A stretch of DNA of 64,000 nucleotides from Wickerhamiella versatilis. Its lineage: Eukaryota. The position numbers and the translations under genes were made by a program. Positions 39,561 to 48,892 of the stretch are shown in pieces (within the stretch, counting starts at the first letter, position 1; every line of letters starts with the position of its first letter). The DNA lies in assembly GCA_030867685.1 (NCBI GenBank), contig JAQOWU010000008.1, positions 2,170,001 to 2,234,000 of the forward strand, in the 5' to 3' direction. A model generated the notes under the pieces. It saw nothing but the letters and a program-made list of their open reading frames with translations, had not been told where the DNA came from and did not search any database.

Positions 39561-41603
39561 CTATTCAAAAACCCAATCATGAATATCATTGTCCAGAGGT
39601 TCAAACGCTGTCATCGTGCGCTGAATTTGCTCACCCAGCAAAGCAAAATCTGGTGGTGGAATAATAGCAGAATGTGGGGCAGGATTCAGTTCTGCTGCCG
39701 CCATTGATGAGCGCCTTGGGGAGCCCAGATCAATTGGAGAGGGTACCCTACCAATAGGCGATTGTGGTAGAGACGAATTGGACGAAGACTGGCCCTCGTG
39801 CTTAACCCGTCTGAATATGGTCCTGGCAAATTCATCCTCGGTCAATTGGAACTCGCACAAAACGATAAGCTGCAGTTGTGGAGGTCCCGTAACCGGACAC
39901 CAATAAAGTCTTTGCGAAACAGTTAGTGTTGCCAAGGAGACTGCGGGGTCAGGATCTTCACGTACGTGCTGAACAAAATGGTCCCAGAACCCTGTTTCCC
40001 ATGGTACAATAACCCGCTCTTTACCTTGACCACGCAGTTCCTGAAACTCGCAGTAGTCCCTTGAATCACGCACAGCAACCCCACCTGAGGTGATGACAGA
40101 GTGCACTACCCATCTATGGTCCGGCACTCGGTCGTATCCTACAACACTGTTTGCGGTCGTGGGACTCAAACGAAGATGCAAAGACTGCGGGGTAGCTATA
40201 AGAAATTGAACATCTGCACTTAAATTATGCCCTTCTTGAGTATCCAGGGGCGCCGGTTGAGGAACAACCGGATCCGAAAGGTGCATCTGGATTGCTGCGT
40301 GCACAATCTGAGTGTCAAATAGCTGAGGCTCCCTACTAAGCTCGGGAAACCGCGGGGAAAGTGTTGCAAAGTTCTTAGGATTCAATGGTGACTCAAATGC
40401 AGGCCTCAACAAACGTGTATATACATGCATTCTTCCATTGCCCATGGACCTACTAATATTGAATTGTATTGGCAGAGCATGGTCATTTCCAAGACTAATG
40501 GACGCAGACGAGGTTCTACAATGCTTTCTTCGGGTCTGCGACCCAAAAGGTGATTGCGGGGGACGCTTCGCAGTCGGAGTAACCAAAGATCCAAGAGGCT
40601 GGGGCTTGTCCGGCCTATCTAAACCTTTCTTTGGCGGGGGGAATCTATACTCTTCAGGTGCAATGTACGGTTCTGGCTTGACTTCTGGCAGTGAAGCTGA
40701 AGATACAGAGGAAGACTCTGGAGACTCCGGGGGATACTTCTGTGCGGCTACGTTGGTAGCGACATCTAGAATGGCTGGCTTAGGAGCCTTTTCAAGGCGC
40801 TGTTGGACAAGTTCGACAAACTCATCAAAGCTATTCAGCCTGATTTCATGGTGGCCGGGCATGAAAGGCTGGTCTGCGCACAACACTGTCGTGCTCAAAG
40901 TGTCACAATCGACCCCTATGGCTTTGCAGACCACCTGGATATGGCTAGACACCTGCTTTCGTGATCTCATTTCACCAGTTCTCTGGTATATATATTCAGC
41001 AATGAGCTCATTGCGGCCCTTCACTTTATCAGCGATGTACACCCGTTTCCGATGTAACGGAGGAACCAACCGCAAAGCCTCAACAAATATTTGTTCCACC
41101 TCCAATGACCAAGGACCTTCCTTATCCATCCGGCGTGAACGCCGCGTCAGATAATCCTTGTATCTCTCAACAAAAATGGCCTGAAGATCAGATTGGTCGC
41201 TGCCCTCGGGTTGCGATGCAGCTTTTTTCTTTGGCACCATTTGTGCACGCACTATTGGTTGGGTTTGTGTGTCTAAATTTCCTACAGGTGGCTGCGCAGC
41301 CATAGGCACAGGAATTGAGGGCATCCCCATTTGAGGGTAGAACGAAGGGGCCGGCGGATAACTTGATGCAATAGCTGCTGAGCCTGGCGAATACATATAG
41401 TTCGTTGATCCAAACACCTGCGGACGTGGAATACTCTGCGGTGTGGGCATGGCCAAAAGATGTGGAGGAAACGGGGTCGAAGAACTGAGCATCGACGCGG
41501 CGTGTGCCTCATTCGGCGGAGTCAACGCTAGAGCCGAAGGAAGAAGCTTCTTGCCTTGCCAGGAAGGCGTCCTAGGCGGTGCCGCGGGCGAATTTCTGGG
41601 CAT
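39561..41603 (-). CDS. TEC1: TEA/ATTS-domain transcription factor (Tec1/AbaA)
   Basis: WSLEVEQIFVEAL...GRNELIAEYIYQRTGEMRSRKQVSSHIQV. Confidence 0.88.
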   Translation of the reverse strand: MPRNSPAAPPRTPSWQGKKLLPSALALTPPNEAHAASMLSSSTPFPPHLLAMPTPQSIPRPQVFGSTNYMYSPGSAAIASSYPPAPSFYPQMGMPSIPVPMAAQPPVGNLDTQTQPIVRAQMVPKKKAASQPEGSDQSDLQAIFVERYKDYLTRRSRRMDKEGPWSLEVEQIFVEALRLVPPLHRKRVYIADKVKGRNELIAEYIYQRTGEMRSRKQVSSHIQVVCKAIGVDCDTLSTTVLCADQPFMPGHHEIRLNSFDEFVELVQQRLEKAPKPAILDVATNVAAQKYPPESPESSSVSSASLPEVKPEPYIAPEEYRFPPPKKGLDRPDKPQPLGSLVTPTAKRPPQSPFGSQTRRKHCRTSSASISLGNDHALPIQFNISRSMGNGRMHVYTRLLRPAFESPLNPKNFATLSPRFPELSREPQLFDTQIVHAAIQMHLSDPVVPQPAPLDTQEGHNLSADVQFLIATPQSLHLRLSPTTANSVVGYDRVPDHRWVVHSVITSGGVAVRDSRDYCEFQELRGQGKERVIVPWETGFWDHFVQHVREDPDPAVSLATLTVSQRLYWCPVTGPPQLQLIVLCEFQLTEDEFARTIFRRVKHEGQSSSNSSLPQSPIGRVPSPIDLGSPRRSSMAAAELNPAPHSAIIPPPDFALLGEQIQRTMTAFEPLDNDIHDWVFE

Positions 41604-41671
41604 TATTTTCCTCCCGGGACACGAACAGATTTAGCGAACGGGACTGTTTAACGCAGATTAGTCAACCCAGG

Positions 41672-41744
41672 TTTCGCGAAGGTGGGTCACGCGTTTGGAC
41701 GCGTCAAGCCCCCTTCGGAACCTCCTAGTTATCTAATTACGCGT
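41672..41744. promoter_or_regulatory. One SCB-like and three MCB elements upstream of TEC1
   Basis: TTTCGCG at 41672 and ACGCGT at 41689, 41699 and 41739. Confidence 0.65.
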
Positions 41745-41849
41745 CAATGATATGCTGTTATATTGAAAGAATATATGTATGTAGCTTGGATATTTAAATT
41801 AGCTCTTAAGGTCTTTGCAATAGCTAGGTTCTTCTCCAACTGTCACAGC

Positions 41850-41857
41850 CACGTGAC
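41850..41857. promoter_or_regulatory. Cbf1-type E-box CACGTGAC
   Basis: About 30 bp upstream of the snoRNA candidate. Further copies at 42212 and 48537. Confidence 0.45.
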
Positions 41858-41882
41858 GTGCTCGCGTGTCTTAGTCATCCGC

Positions 41883-42024
41883 GTGGGATAAGCGTAACTC
41901 ACCAGAACTAAGGTTTGTGGTCAAACTATTGCTTATCCACAAGACAAAAAGTCGGCAAGCAGACCATTCTGTCTTACTGATGAGTACTAACCTCAGCAAA
42001 GTGTCCTGAATGGTCCCCACATTT
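41883..42024 (+). ncRNA. Box H/ACA snoRNA, snR43-like (25S Psi966 guide)
   Basis: Hairpin 41883-41940, H box AGACAA at 41942, hairpin 41962-42015 and ACA-TTT at 42019. Guides TTCTGT and TCCTGA are complementary to 25S UCAGGA-U-A-GCAGAA, and the 3' guide starts 15 nt before ACA. Confidence 0.75.
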
Positions 42025-42432
42025 GAGGGATACTGCTCAGCAACTGTTCAGTAATGACAGTTGGTCGAAAATTACAATTAGCGATTTTCTATATGTTTTT
42101 GCTGGTTTTTTTTTCCAACCCAATGGCATGTCTCTCGTCCATGAGGCGTACATGACGCGAGACCGGCTAGCTAAATGAGGCCAATGTAAATCACTGCAGC
42201 TTGAGCCAGCCTCACGTGATCATAAACGAGGTATGAGGGTTTGGTGCAGTGTGAAGAGTAGAGGTTCCAAATGTGATTTTCAGGCATCTTCAGCCATTTT
42301 TTCGGTCACGAAAGTAAATTGACAGCCATATAATAAGGTGGCTATGTCTCATTGCCTTATTGGGTTGTCTTACTAAGGGAAAGCTTATGATCACAAAACC
42401 AAACACCGAGCACTCATCTAGAAAGAATTGAT

Positions 42433-43626
42433 ATGTCCGGAGAAAATAATCGGATGCCCACTCTGTGGGAGGTTTTGAATAGATTATCAGAATCTCCTGT
42501 GGACCTCTGGTCATTCTATGTGTTCATGCGCGAGCACTATGGGTGTGTTGAGTACCTCGAGTTCTGGCTCGACGTAGCTGCACACCGCGCACTCTGTAAG
42601 GAGTGTATGCGCCTAGAGATAAGAAGATTATCACAGCAGAGACATATGAGCTCGGAGACAACAGGAGATAGGAGCTCTAGCCAGCAGCAGGTACGGAGTT
42701 CTGGCTCGCCCAGTAGCTCAGTATTATTTGATATGCTCCGAGAGGATGTTCTTGAAAGCAGTCCTGATGTTGAGAAGGTTGATCCGCCAGAGCAATCTGC
42801 GAGGTCTGCGGGTGAGAAAAAAGATACGATCAGTCGTCTCAGCACACTGTTGGACCAATTTCAAACACAGGATTCAGCCCAACTCCAGAGTACCCCGGAG
42901 AAAAATCGACGGCCAACATCACATCCCACGGGCCATCAAAGAGTAGTTTCCCTTGAGCTGGCGCCAACAGGCCGCGGATATCAGCAAGTCCCATCGACTG
43001 GGTCTCCTAATTCCTCGTCAACCTTCAATGGCGTTCGAGAGTCTGCAGAACGTATAATTGCGACTTATTTAATGCCGGGTGCTCCAAATGAGATGTTGCT
43101 TCCCGAGGATAGCACTGGAAAATCGCTATCAACCTCTATTCGCCAAGCCGCCTTGTCGCCCGGCGGAATAAAAAGTCCGAGGCTCTTTGATCAAGCTGCC
43201 GAATATGTATTTGATGCTCTCGAGCGCGAGGTATACCCTGCATTTCTCAGTAGAAGAGCTTTATCTAATGTGCAACCTGTGTCTTCAGCATTGAGGCTTG
43301 CTGGGGGATTACTATCTCTGTTTGGAGCATTTTGGATTGGTTTTGTGTTCATTCTCCTCGATTGGCACCCTAAGCGTTCGCGCTGCTGGGTGATCTTACC
43401 TTTTGTGGTGGGTTTCTATCTCGTCTTCTCATCACTTTTTAGTCTGGATCCCTTAATGGCCACCCTCCACCTTGGTGAACGCGATGGTGGTGGTATCGTG
43501 CATATTGAACACCCTTACGTTAAAAAGCTGCTGATGAAAAGAGCAGCTCTCATCTCATCCTATATAATAATTGCTGCGGCGTGCATGAGTGTTCTGTTCA
43601 TTTTTGTTCCAGGATACCGTCTCTGA
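42433..43626 (+). CDS. RAX1: Bud-site selection protein Rax1 (RGS-like plus three TM segments)
   Basis: PTLWEVLNR...PVDLWSFYVFMRE...YLEFWLDV, C-terminal TM helices ending FVPGYRL. Confidence 0.9.
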   Translation: MSGENNRMPTLWEVLNRLSESPVDLWSFYVFMREHYGCVEYLEFWLDVAAHRALCKECMRLEIRRLSQQRHMSSETTGDRSSSQQQVRSSGSPSSSVLFDMLREDVLESSPDVEKVDPPEQSARSAGEKKDTISRLSTLLDQFQTQDSAQLQSTPEKNRRPTSHPTGHQRVVSLELAPTGRGYQQVPSTGSPNSSSTFNGVRESAERIIATYLMPGAPNEMLLPEDSTGKSLSTSIRQAALSPGGIKSPRLFDQAAEYVFDALEREVYPAFLSRRALSNVQPVSSALRLAGGLLSLFGAFWIGFVFILLDWHPKRSRCWVILPFVVGFYLVFSSLFSLDPLMATLHLGERDGGGIVHIEHPYVKKLLMKRAALISSYIIIAAACMSVLFIFVPGYRL

Positions 43627-43777
43627 AAAATATAAAAAAGTAAATAATCTAATATATATGAATGCAAGATAGCAGATAGTACCAAAGCCAGCGCAGAACG
43701 GCTTGTTTACGCCATAAAGAATCTTTTTTTAAAAGGGTCAAATCCCTTCTTCTTCGCGTATGACGTTGATTGGCAAA

Positions 43778-44815
43778 TCATACTACAGTTTTTCGTCGTC
43801 TCGCATTTTCCCATAATGTACGCTTCCATTGCTCCAGCTCACGATGGATGGACAAAAGTTTTTGGACCTGCGAAGGAGACCTTGTCTTTCGATCTGAAAG
43901 TACTGAATAGAGTCTATAGTAATCATCATAGGCATCCCGAAACCGTTTAGCCAAATTAAACATATCCTCGTCTGAGTGTGATAATTTTGAGTCCGAAGAG
44001 TTTTTTGAGTTTGTATGCTTTGCTGTTGTCGACACTTTAGTGGCCGTGGAAGAGGTTTTTTCGTTACTCTGTGTACTTTGTGTACTTTGTGTACTTAGAG
44101 CTCCATTGGCTGTCTTACGCTTCTTCGGGGCAGACAGCTTTAATACCCCCCGGGGCGCAGTATTTATCTTCTCCTTATCACTTTCTGGTGGCCTTAGCAT
44201 AAGCCTTGCCGGATGCTCCTTAGGGTATCCTAGTCGGTCAAAGGCTTTGTGTGCGTTGCTGATGGCGAGATCTCTATCTTGGGGCGACCAGGGCTTCCAA
44301 TCCCAGATGCGCAATTTTCGATATAATTCGGGCTGAAGTTCGAATGTTTCACCTGACATTGGGCTCCCCACGTGTTCCAATATCTTGGCAACTGTTGCCA
44401 AGGGGAGTTTCGCACGATCAGCCAACTGAGACAATCTCATAGGGCCTAGCGCTAAACAATGGGCTACACTGACTTCCTCTGGGGTTAAGGATGACTTCGT
44501 GTTAGTCGCAGGTGCTAGAGGCTCTACAATGATTCGATTAGACACCCGGCCTGCGTACCTGAATTCCTCATCCCCCTTACCATCAGTGCGTACAAAAGCA
44601 TCTATGGTTTCCGTATCTACCACATTGGAACACAAGAATTTCTCCTTGCCAATCATAAGATCAGCACGTGAGCCATCAACCTGAATTCGCACGCTCTCGT
44701 TACCGGACTTCAGTAATGCCAACACCACCGGGTTTAGTCTCAATAATATTGGAGGCCTGCTTGGCTTTTGATTGACCGCCTCATCGAGTCCAGGACCCGC
44801 GGATGTGACAACCAT
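43778..44815 (-). CDS. ELL-like Pol II elongation factor (occludin/ELL C-terminal domain)
   Basis: HCLALGP...YRKLRIWDW..WSPQDRDLAI.NAHKAFDRL winged-helix region and C-terminal LAKRFRDAYDDYYRLY...LLSIHRELEQWKRTLW. Confidence 0.7.
   Translation of the reverse strand: MVVTSAGPGLDEAVNQKPSRPPILLRLNPVVLALLKSGNESVRIQVDGSRADLMIGKEKFLCSNVVDTETIDAFVRTDGKGDEEFRYAGRVSNRIIVEPLAPATNTKSSLTPEEVSVAHCLALGPMRLSQLADRAKLPLATVAKILEHVGSPMSGETFELQPELYRKLRIWDWKPWSPQDRDLAISNAHKAFDRLGYPKEHPARLMLRPPESDKEKINTAPRGVLKLSAPKKRKTANGALSTQSTQSTQSNEKTSSTATKVSTTAKHTNSKNSSDSKLSHSDEDMFNLAKRFRDAYDDYYRLYSVLSDRKTRSPSQVQKLLSIHRELEQWKRTLWENARRRKTVV
44070..44096 (-). repeat. 9-bp tandem repeat x3 encoding STQSTQSTQ
   Basis: TGTGTACTT x3 on the + strand. 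Confidence 0.85.
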
Positions 44816-45302
44816 TGGTCCAGCGATCGTGGGAGAAAGTGCTTGGATTTGTCGGTTCCGTCGACTTAGTTCGTTTATGGGTAAGGTTTATACCTCTCCA
44901 GAAATAGATTGCTGATGCTAGGTGACAAAGCTCTAGGCTTCTAAACCTTAAAAAAAGATAGTTTCACTTGGAAAAGCCTTACATACATTTATCCAATAGA
45001 TTCAAACTCTGTCTAATGGGGCACTTCTTCGTACACCTTCCAAGAAGGGGTGGTCTTAGCAATGTCACTCAATATTTCTAGTAATCATATCTCCATGCCA
45101 ACAGTTTTACCTAAAAAAATAAAAATATGGCAAGGGTGACGACCAATCTCCTCGTCAATCGTACTTCCATGCCAACCAAATCAACTAGGCAACAAAGAAA
45201 TTGTTAAAGGGTTTTACTCTGTAGATTACCCTAACTTAAGAGGGACGTTAATTTATATTTACGACTTGCTTGCTTCTTTCCTGCATTTCTGTCGCAACTT
45301 TT

Positions 45303-45656
45303 TTAGTCGGCAATAGAGATCACCGTGTTCACGCCCGGCTGGATGTTGTAAGAGGCGATGTAACGGATGACCTCAGGGGTAGCCTGGATATCCACCAGTC
45401 GCTTGTAGACGCGCATCTCATAGGTGTCGTAGGTCTTAGAACCCTCACCGTTAGGAGACTTACGGGTGGTCACCTTAAGCACCTTGGTGGGCATGCGAAC
45501 AGGGCCCTTGGTGTGGTAGTTACCCGTCTGCTTGGAACGAGAGACGATACCATTAGCGACTCTCTCGATGCTCTTGAGCTTAGCGGATGTGATGGTGATT
45601 CGCACCTTCATTATCTTTTTGTCCGCAGACTCAACCTGTACCTCCTTGTCGGCCAT
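45303..45656 (-). CDS. RPS20: 40S ribosomal protein uS10 (S20)
   Basis: KVRITITS...KGPVRMPTKVLKVTTRKSPNGEGSKT. Confidence 0.96.
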   Translation of the reverse strand: MADKEVQVESADKKIMKVRITITSAKLKSIERVANGIVSRSKQTGNYHTKGPVRMPTKVLKVTTRKSPNGEGSKTYDTYEMRVYKRLVDIQATPEVIRYIASYNIQPGVNTVISIAD

Positions 45657-45765
45657 TGTCGTCGCAACTGCGGTTTACGGTTGGCACGCTTCCCAGATGA
45701 GTCGCTTAGACAGGGCCCGGACGGTGAATTTAGCCCTGAGCCCTTTGCTTAGTAACCAGTGTTAT

Positions 45766-46017
45766 ATGCCCCAAACACCCCCTAGTTCGGCCACGCAGGC
45801 GCTATCCCCTCCGCCCCCAGGCTCTCCTCCGCAGCTTTATGGCATGGGTCCAGCTGTAGAGGAACCAAGTTCACCAACACCGAATGTCGTAGCCCCTCGT
45901 CACCTGGGCAAACAGAGGAATAAGGGTGATCTGAAGAACCTATTGCAGCGATTCAAATCAGTACAGCACGACATAAATGTGCTTGTCAATGAACTTGAGG
46001 AAATTGTAGACAATTGA
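45766..46017 (+). CDS. Hypothetical small S/T-P-rich protein with a C-terminal amphipathic helix (alternative ATG at 45697)
   Basis: MPQTPPSS...SPPPPGSPP...SSPTP followed by LKNLLQRFKSVQHDINVLVNELEEIV. Confidence 0.5.
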   Translation: MPQTPPSSATQALSPPPPGSPPQLYGMGPAVEEPSSPTPNVVAPRHLGKQRNKGDLKNLLQRFKSVQHDINVLVNELEEIVDN

Positions 46018-46449
46018 ATCCCCATCTTTAATTGACCCTAGGCAGTGCCTACTATCTTCAATATTTATGATTAATAACAATGTCACCTGTGATTGAGATC
46101 GATAAACCTCACTATAATTTTCTAATGATAACATCTATAATCTTATTGTGAGAAACAGATGTTTTGGTTCTCTTTCTGTTTGCGCAATAACATCGAAGTC
46201 GATTTGTTCTGCCCATAGACACTATAACGATGAGTCAAGTATGATGCCTAAATTACGGCCACAGTTAATCTCGCATTACTTACTGTGGTAAAGTACCCAT
46301 GTCAGACTAGGAAGAAGAAGAGAAACAACATGTTGTTTCAAATTTTTAGATTACAATCCAAAACTATGGATTCTCCCTGATAGTAAAATCAGGATAGAGT
46401 GGGTTTTTTTGCACTCTCTAAATAAGACTATATAAAGGATGTCATAACA

Positions 46450-48537
46450 CTATTCTTCCTCCGACGAAGAATCATCGCTAGACATAATACCTCCTACTGC
46501 CTCGTCCTCATCTGAGCTTGATTCCTCGGCTGGAATTCCTGGGGCAACCGACGACGCCGGCGTCGTATCAGCTGTACCCTCCTTCACTTGGTCAAACTGG
46601 CGCAGCTTATTCTGAATCTCCTCAATCTGCCGGTTCTGTTCATCCTCAGTCAAAGGCTTTGATTTCTTCTTTTTCTTGCCCTCTTGCGAACCGGGTGTTG
46701 TGGCGCCTGCGCCCAACTCAGATGTGGGTGAACCAATGCTACCCGTGTCCTTTCGCTGTAAAACCACAAAAGCGTATAGCTGACGCAATGTATGAGGCTC
46801 GAGCTGATCCATCTCCAGCTCAATCTCGTCTTGACCTGACTGCTTTAGCTGAGGCATCGATTCCTGAATGATATTGATGACCGTGGCCAACTTGCTTTCC
46901 GGAAGCGTACCAATCTTCTCACTAAGTTCCCGCTTCATATCGTAATTTATGACTTGAGGAACCTCCCGCTTAGACGACGACGCCTTCTTTGGTGCGGAAG
47001 TGCTCAAACTCCTTGACCGGTTGTAGCGCCTACCCCGACGAGCATGGTACTCTGCAAGTGCATCACGCTTCAACCGTTGAAGCTGTCTACGCATTGTTTT
47101 AAGCTGAGACTCAAGAACATCGATGGCCGGATTGGAAATACCACTTTCCTCGTATTCAAAATCATAATCCGACTCGTCGGTATCATGAGGAGGTGGAGTA
47201 GGTGCAGGATCAGGCTTGTCAATCCATCGCGAATCAAACAGCTCCTCAACTTTATGGCCAAGTTCATTAACCGGTGTACCTTCTGGATTGAATGTATAAC
47301 AGTTTCGGAACATGAGACGCATGTCAGCCTCAAATTCATCAGCATTATAATACATTCCCTCGTTCAACTTGCGCTGCATCGTCGACAAATCCATAGGTTC
47401 CTTGATCACTTCAAAGTAGTTTGGAACGCCCTGTTCGACAGGATCCACAGGTAATAGAAAGGGAAACGTAATAGCTTCATGTTTACGCGATTGAAGTTCC
47501 TTAAGCAGATGACCACAGAACTTCAACTCAGGTGCGAATTTTTTGTTGCGAGGACGGGGATGATAATCCACATCTCGCGAACGCGGAGGCCTAATCTCTC
47601 GCTTGGGTCTACCCTCCACAGCTGATTTCCTACGAAGCATCGGCACACCTGGTGCCCGCATTTGCTTCGGTGCTGCCTGCTGCTTGGCTTCTGCCATGGG
47701 TTTTTTGGTGCTGTCATCCCAGCTTGGCATGTTGCTAAGTTGCTTGGTGAAACTGCCTGCAATACTCAGCGCCATTTTTGATATAAGGGCTTCGGTGCCG
47801 TTGAAAATGATACAATTAGAGACGATCTGGTTGAAGTCGTCCACGAATTTGTGAACAGTCCCATACTCATTGGCAGCCAACTTTTTCTCCATGGTACCAA
47901 GATCCATAGGATGCTTGATGTAGTCAAAATATTGCGGCACCCCCAACTTTATGGGATCAACAGGTTGCAAAAAAGGGCCTGCATCTTTGAGCCGTTTGAT
48001 CGCCTTGATTATACTTGTGGCATACTTATGCTGGTGCTTGGGTAACTCAGAGCCTTCCGGTGGGGTTTGTGGCGGGTCCAATTCTGGAACTGCGTGAACA
48101 CGCGACCTCTCGGCCACCCGTGTTGCCCGCTCTAAGGGGGGCAGTTTGCTTTCATCAACACCATCCCCTTGTTGCTCGTTCTTTGCCTCTTGCTGCTCAC
48201 CCTCTGGTTTGACCTCTTGCCCGGATTCAGCAAGCTTGTCGTTAGCAGACGCGTTTTCAGCATCATGCGTCGACGCATCATTCTCCGCGCCAGAGATACC
48301 ATTGCCAACCGGCTGCTTAGACCCCTTATCAGAGGTGGTCCGTTCCTCCTTCTCTGCCGTTTTAGCTGCATCCCCATTCGCCGCAGCACCTTCAGCTGCG
48401 TTTTCCGGCCCAGCCGTATCATCCACAGCATTATTCACATCGGTAGGGCTGTCCTTTTTTTGTCGCTTAGCGTCATTCACGTCTTCGGACTTAGGAGCTT
48501 CGTCCAAAGCACGCTTTTCAGCAGGTTGAGCCGACAT
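46450..48537 (-). CDS. BDF1: BET double-bromodomain protein Bdf1
   Basis: Two bromodomains (PFLQPVDP...PMDL and FPFLLPVDP...NCYTFN), ET domain (MKRELSEKIGTL...EIELEMDQL) and SEED tail. First ATG at 48537. Confidence 0.95.
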   Translation of the reverse strand: MSAQPAEKRALDEAPKSEDVNDAKRQKKDSPTDVNNAVDDTAGPENAAEGAAANGDAAKTAEKEERTTSDKGSKQPVGNGISGAENDASTHDAENASANDKLAESGQEVKPEGEQQEAKNEQQGDGVDESKLPPLERATRVAERSRVHAVPELDPPQTPPEGSELPKHQHKYATSIIKAIKRLKDAGPFLQPVDPIKLGVPQYFDYIKHPMDLGTMEKKLAANEYGTVHKFVDDFNQIVSNCIIFNGTEALISKMALSIAGSFTKQLSNMPSWDDSTKKPMAEAKQQAAPKQMRAPGVPMLRRKSAVEGRPKREIRPPRSRDVDYHPRPRNKKFAPELKFCGHLLKELQSRKHEAITFPFLLPVDPVEQGVPNYFEVIKEPMDLSTMQRKLNEGMYYNADEFEADMRLMFRNCYTFNPEGTPVNELGHKVEELFDSRWIDKPDPAPTPPPHDTDESDYDFEYEESGISNPAIDVLESQLKTMRRQLQRLKRDALAEYHARRGRRYNRSRSLSTSAPKKASSSKREVPQVINYDMKRELSEKIGTLPESKLATVINIIQESMPQLKQSGQDEIELEMDQLEPHTLRQLYAFVVLQRKDTGSIGSPTSELGAGATTPGSQEGKKKKKSKPLTEDEQNRQIEEIQNKLRQFDQVKEGTADTTPASSVAPGIPAEESSSDEDEAVGGIMSSDDSSSEEE

Positions 48538-48892
48538 CACGTGACACACCAATAGTCGCTGACAAACTGTTACCTACCTCCCAAAATATCCGGAGATGGA
48601 ACCCATGCCGCTTATATACTAATCCTGGATGGCGTCGCCGACGTGCCGAGACCTGCGCAGGGAAAGCGTAGCCCCTAGAACGCAACGACTGGCAAATGGC
48701 CTACGAACCAATGCCATAGCTATATAAAATACTACATCATACTGTAAATTCCGCTCTCCCCGAAGCACACATCAAAAAAAATTTACAATGGTCGACAACG
48801 CCCAGAGTGTGTGTGGTACAAGGTTAGGGTATTGTGTGCGGGAGGGTCATGCATGCACCCATTAGTAATGCGGTTGCCCAATTACTATTGAT

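Noticed and set aside
40438-41154. 238-aa antisense ORF over TEC1
   Set aside because: Shadow of the TEA-factor coding sequence with no recognisable domain.
41978-42070. CTGATGAG suggesting a hammerhead ribozyme
   Set aside because: No GAAA directly after a stem II and no stem I/III arrangement. The H/ACA model explains the region better.
45270-45752. 160-aa ORF antisense to RPS20
   Set aside because: Typical shadow ORF of a codon-biased gene, with a non-ATG start.
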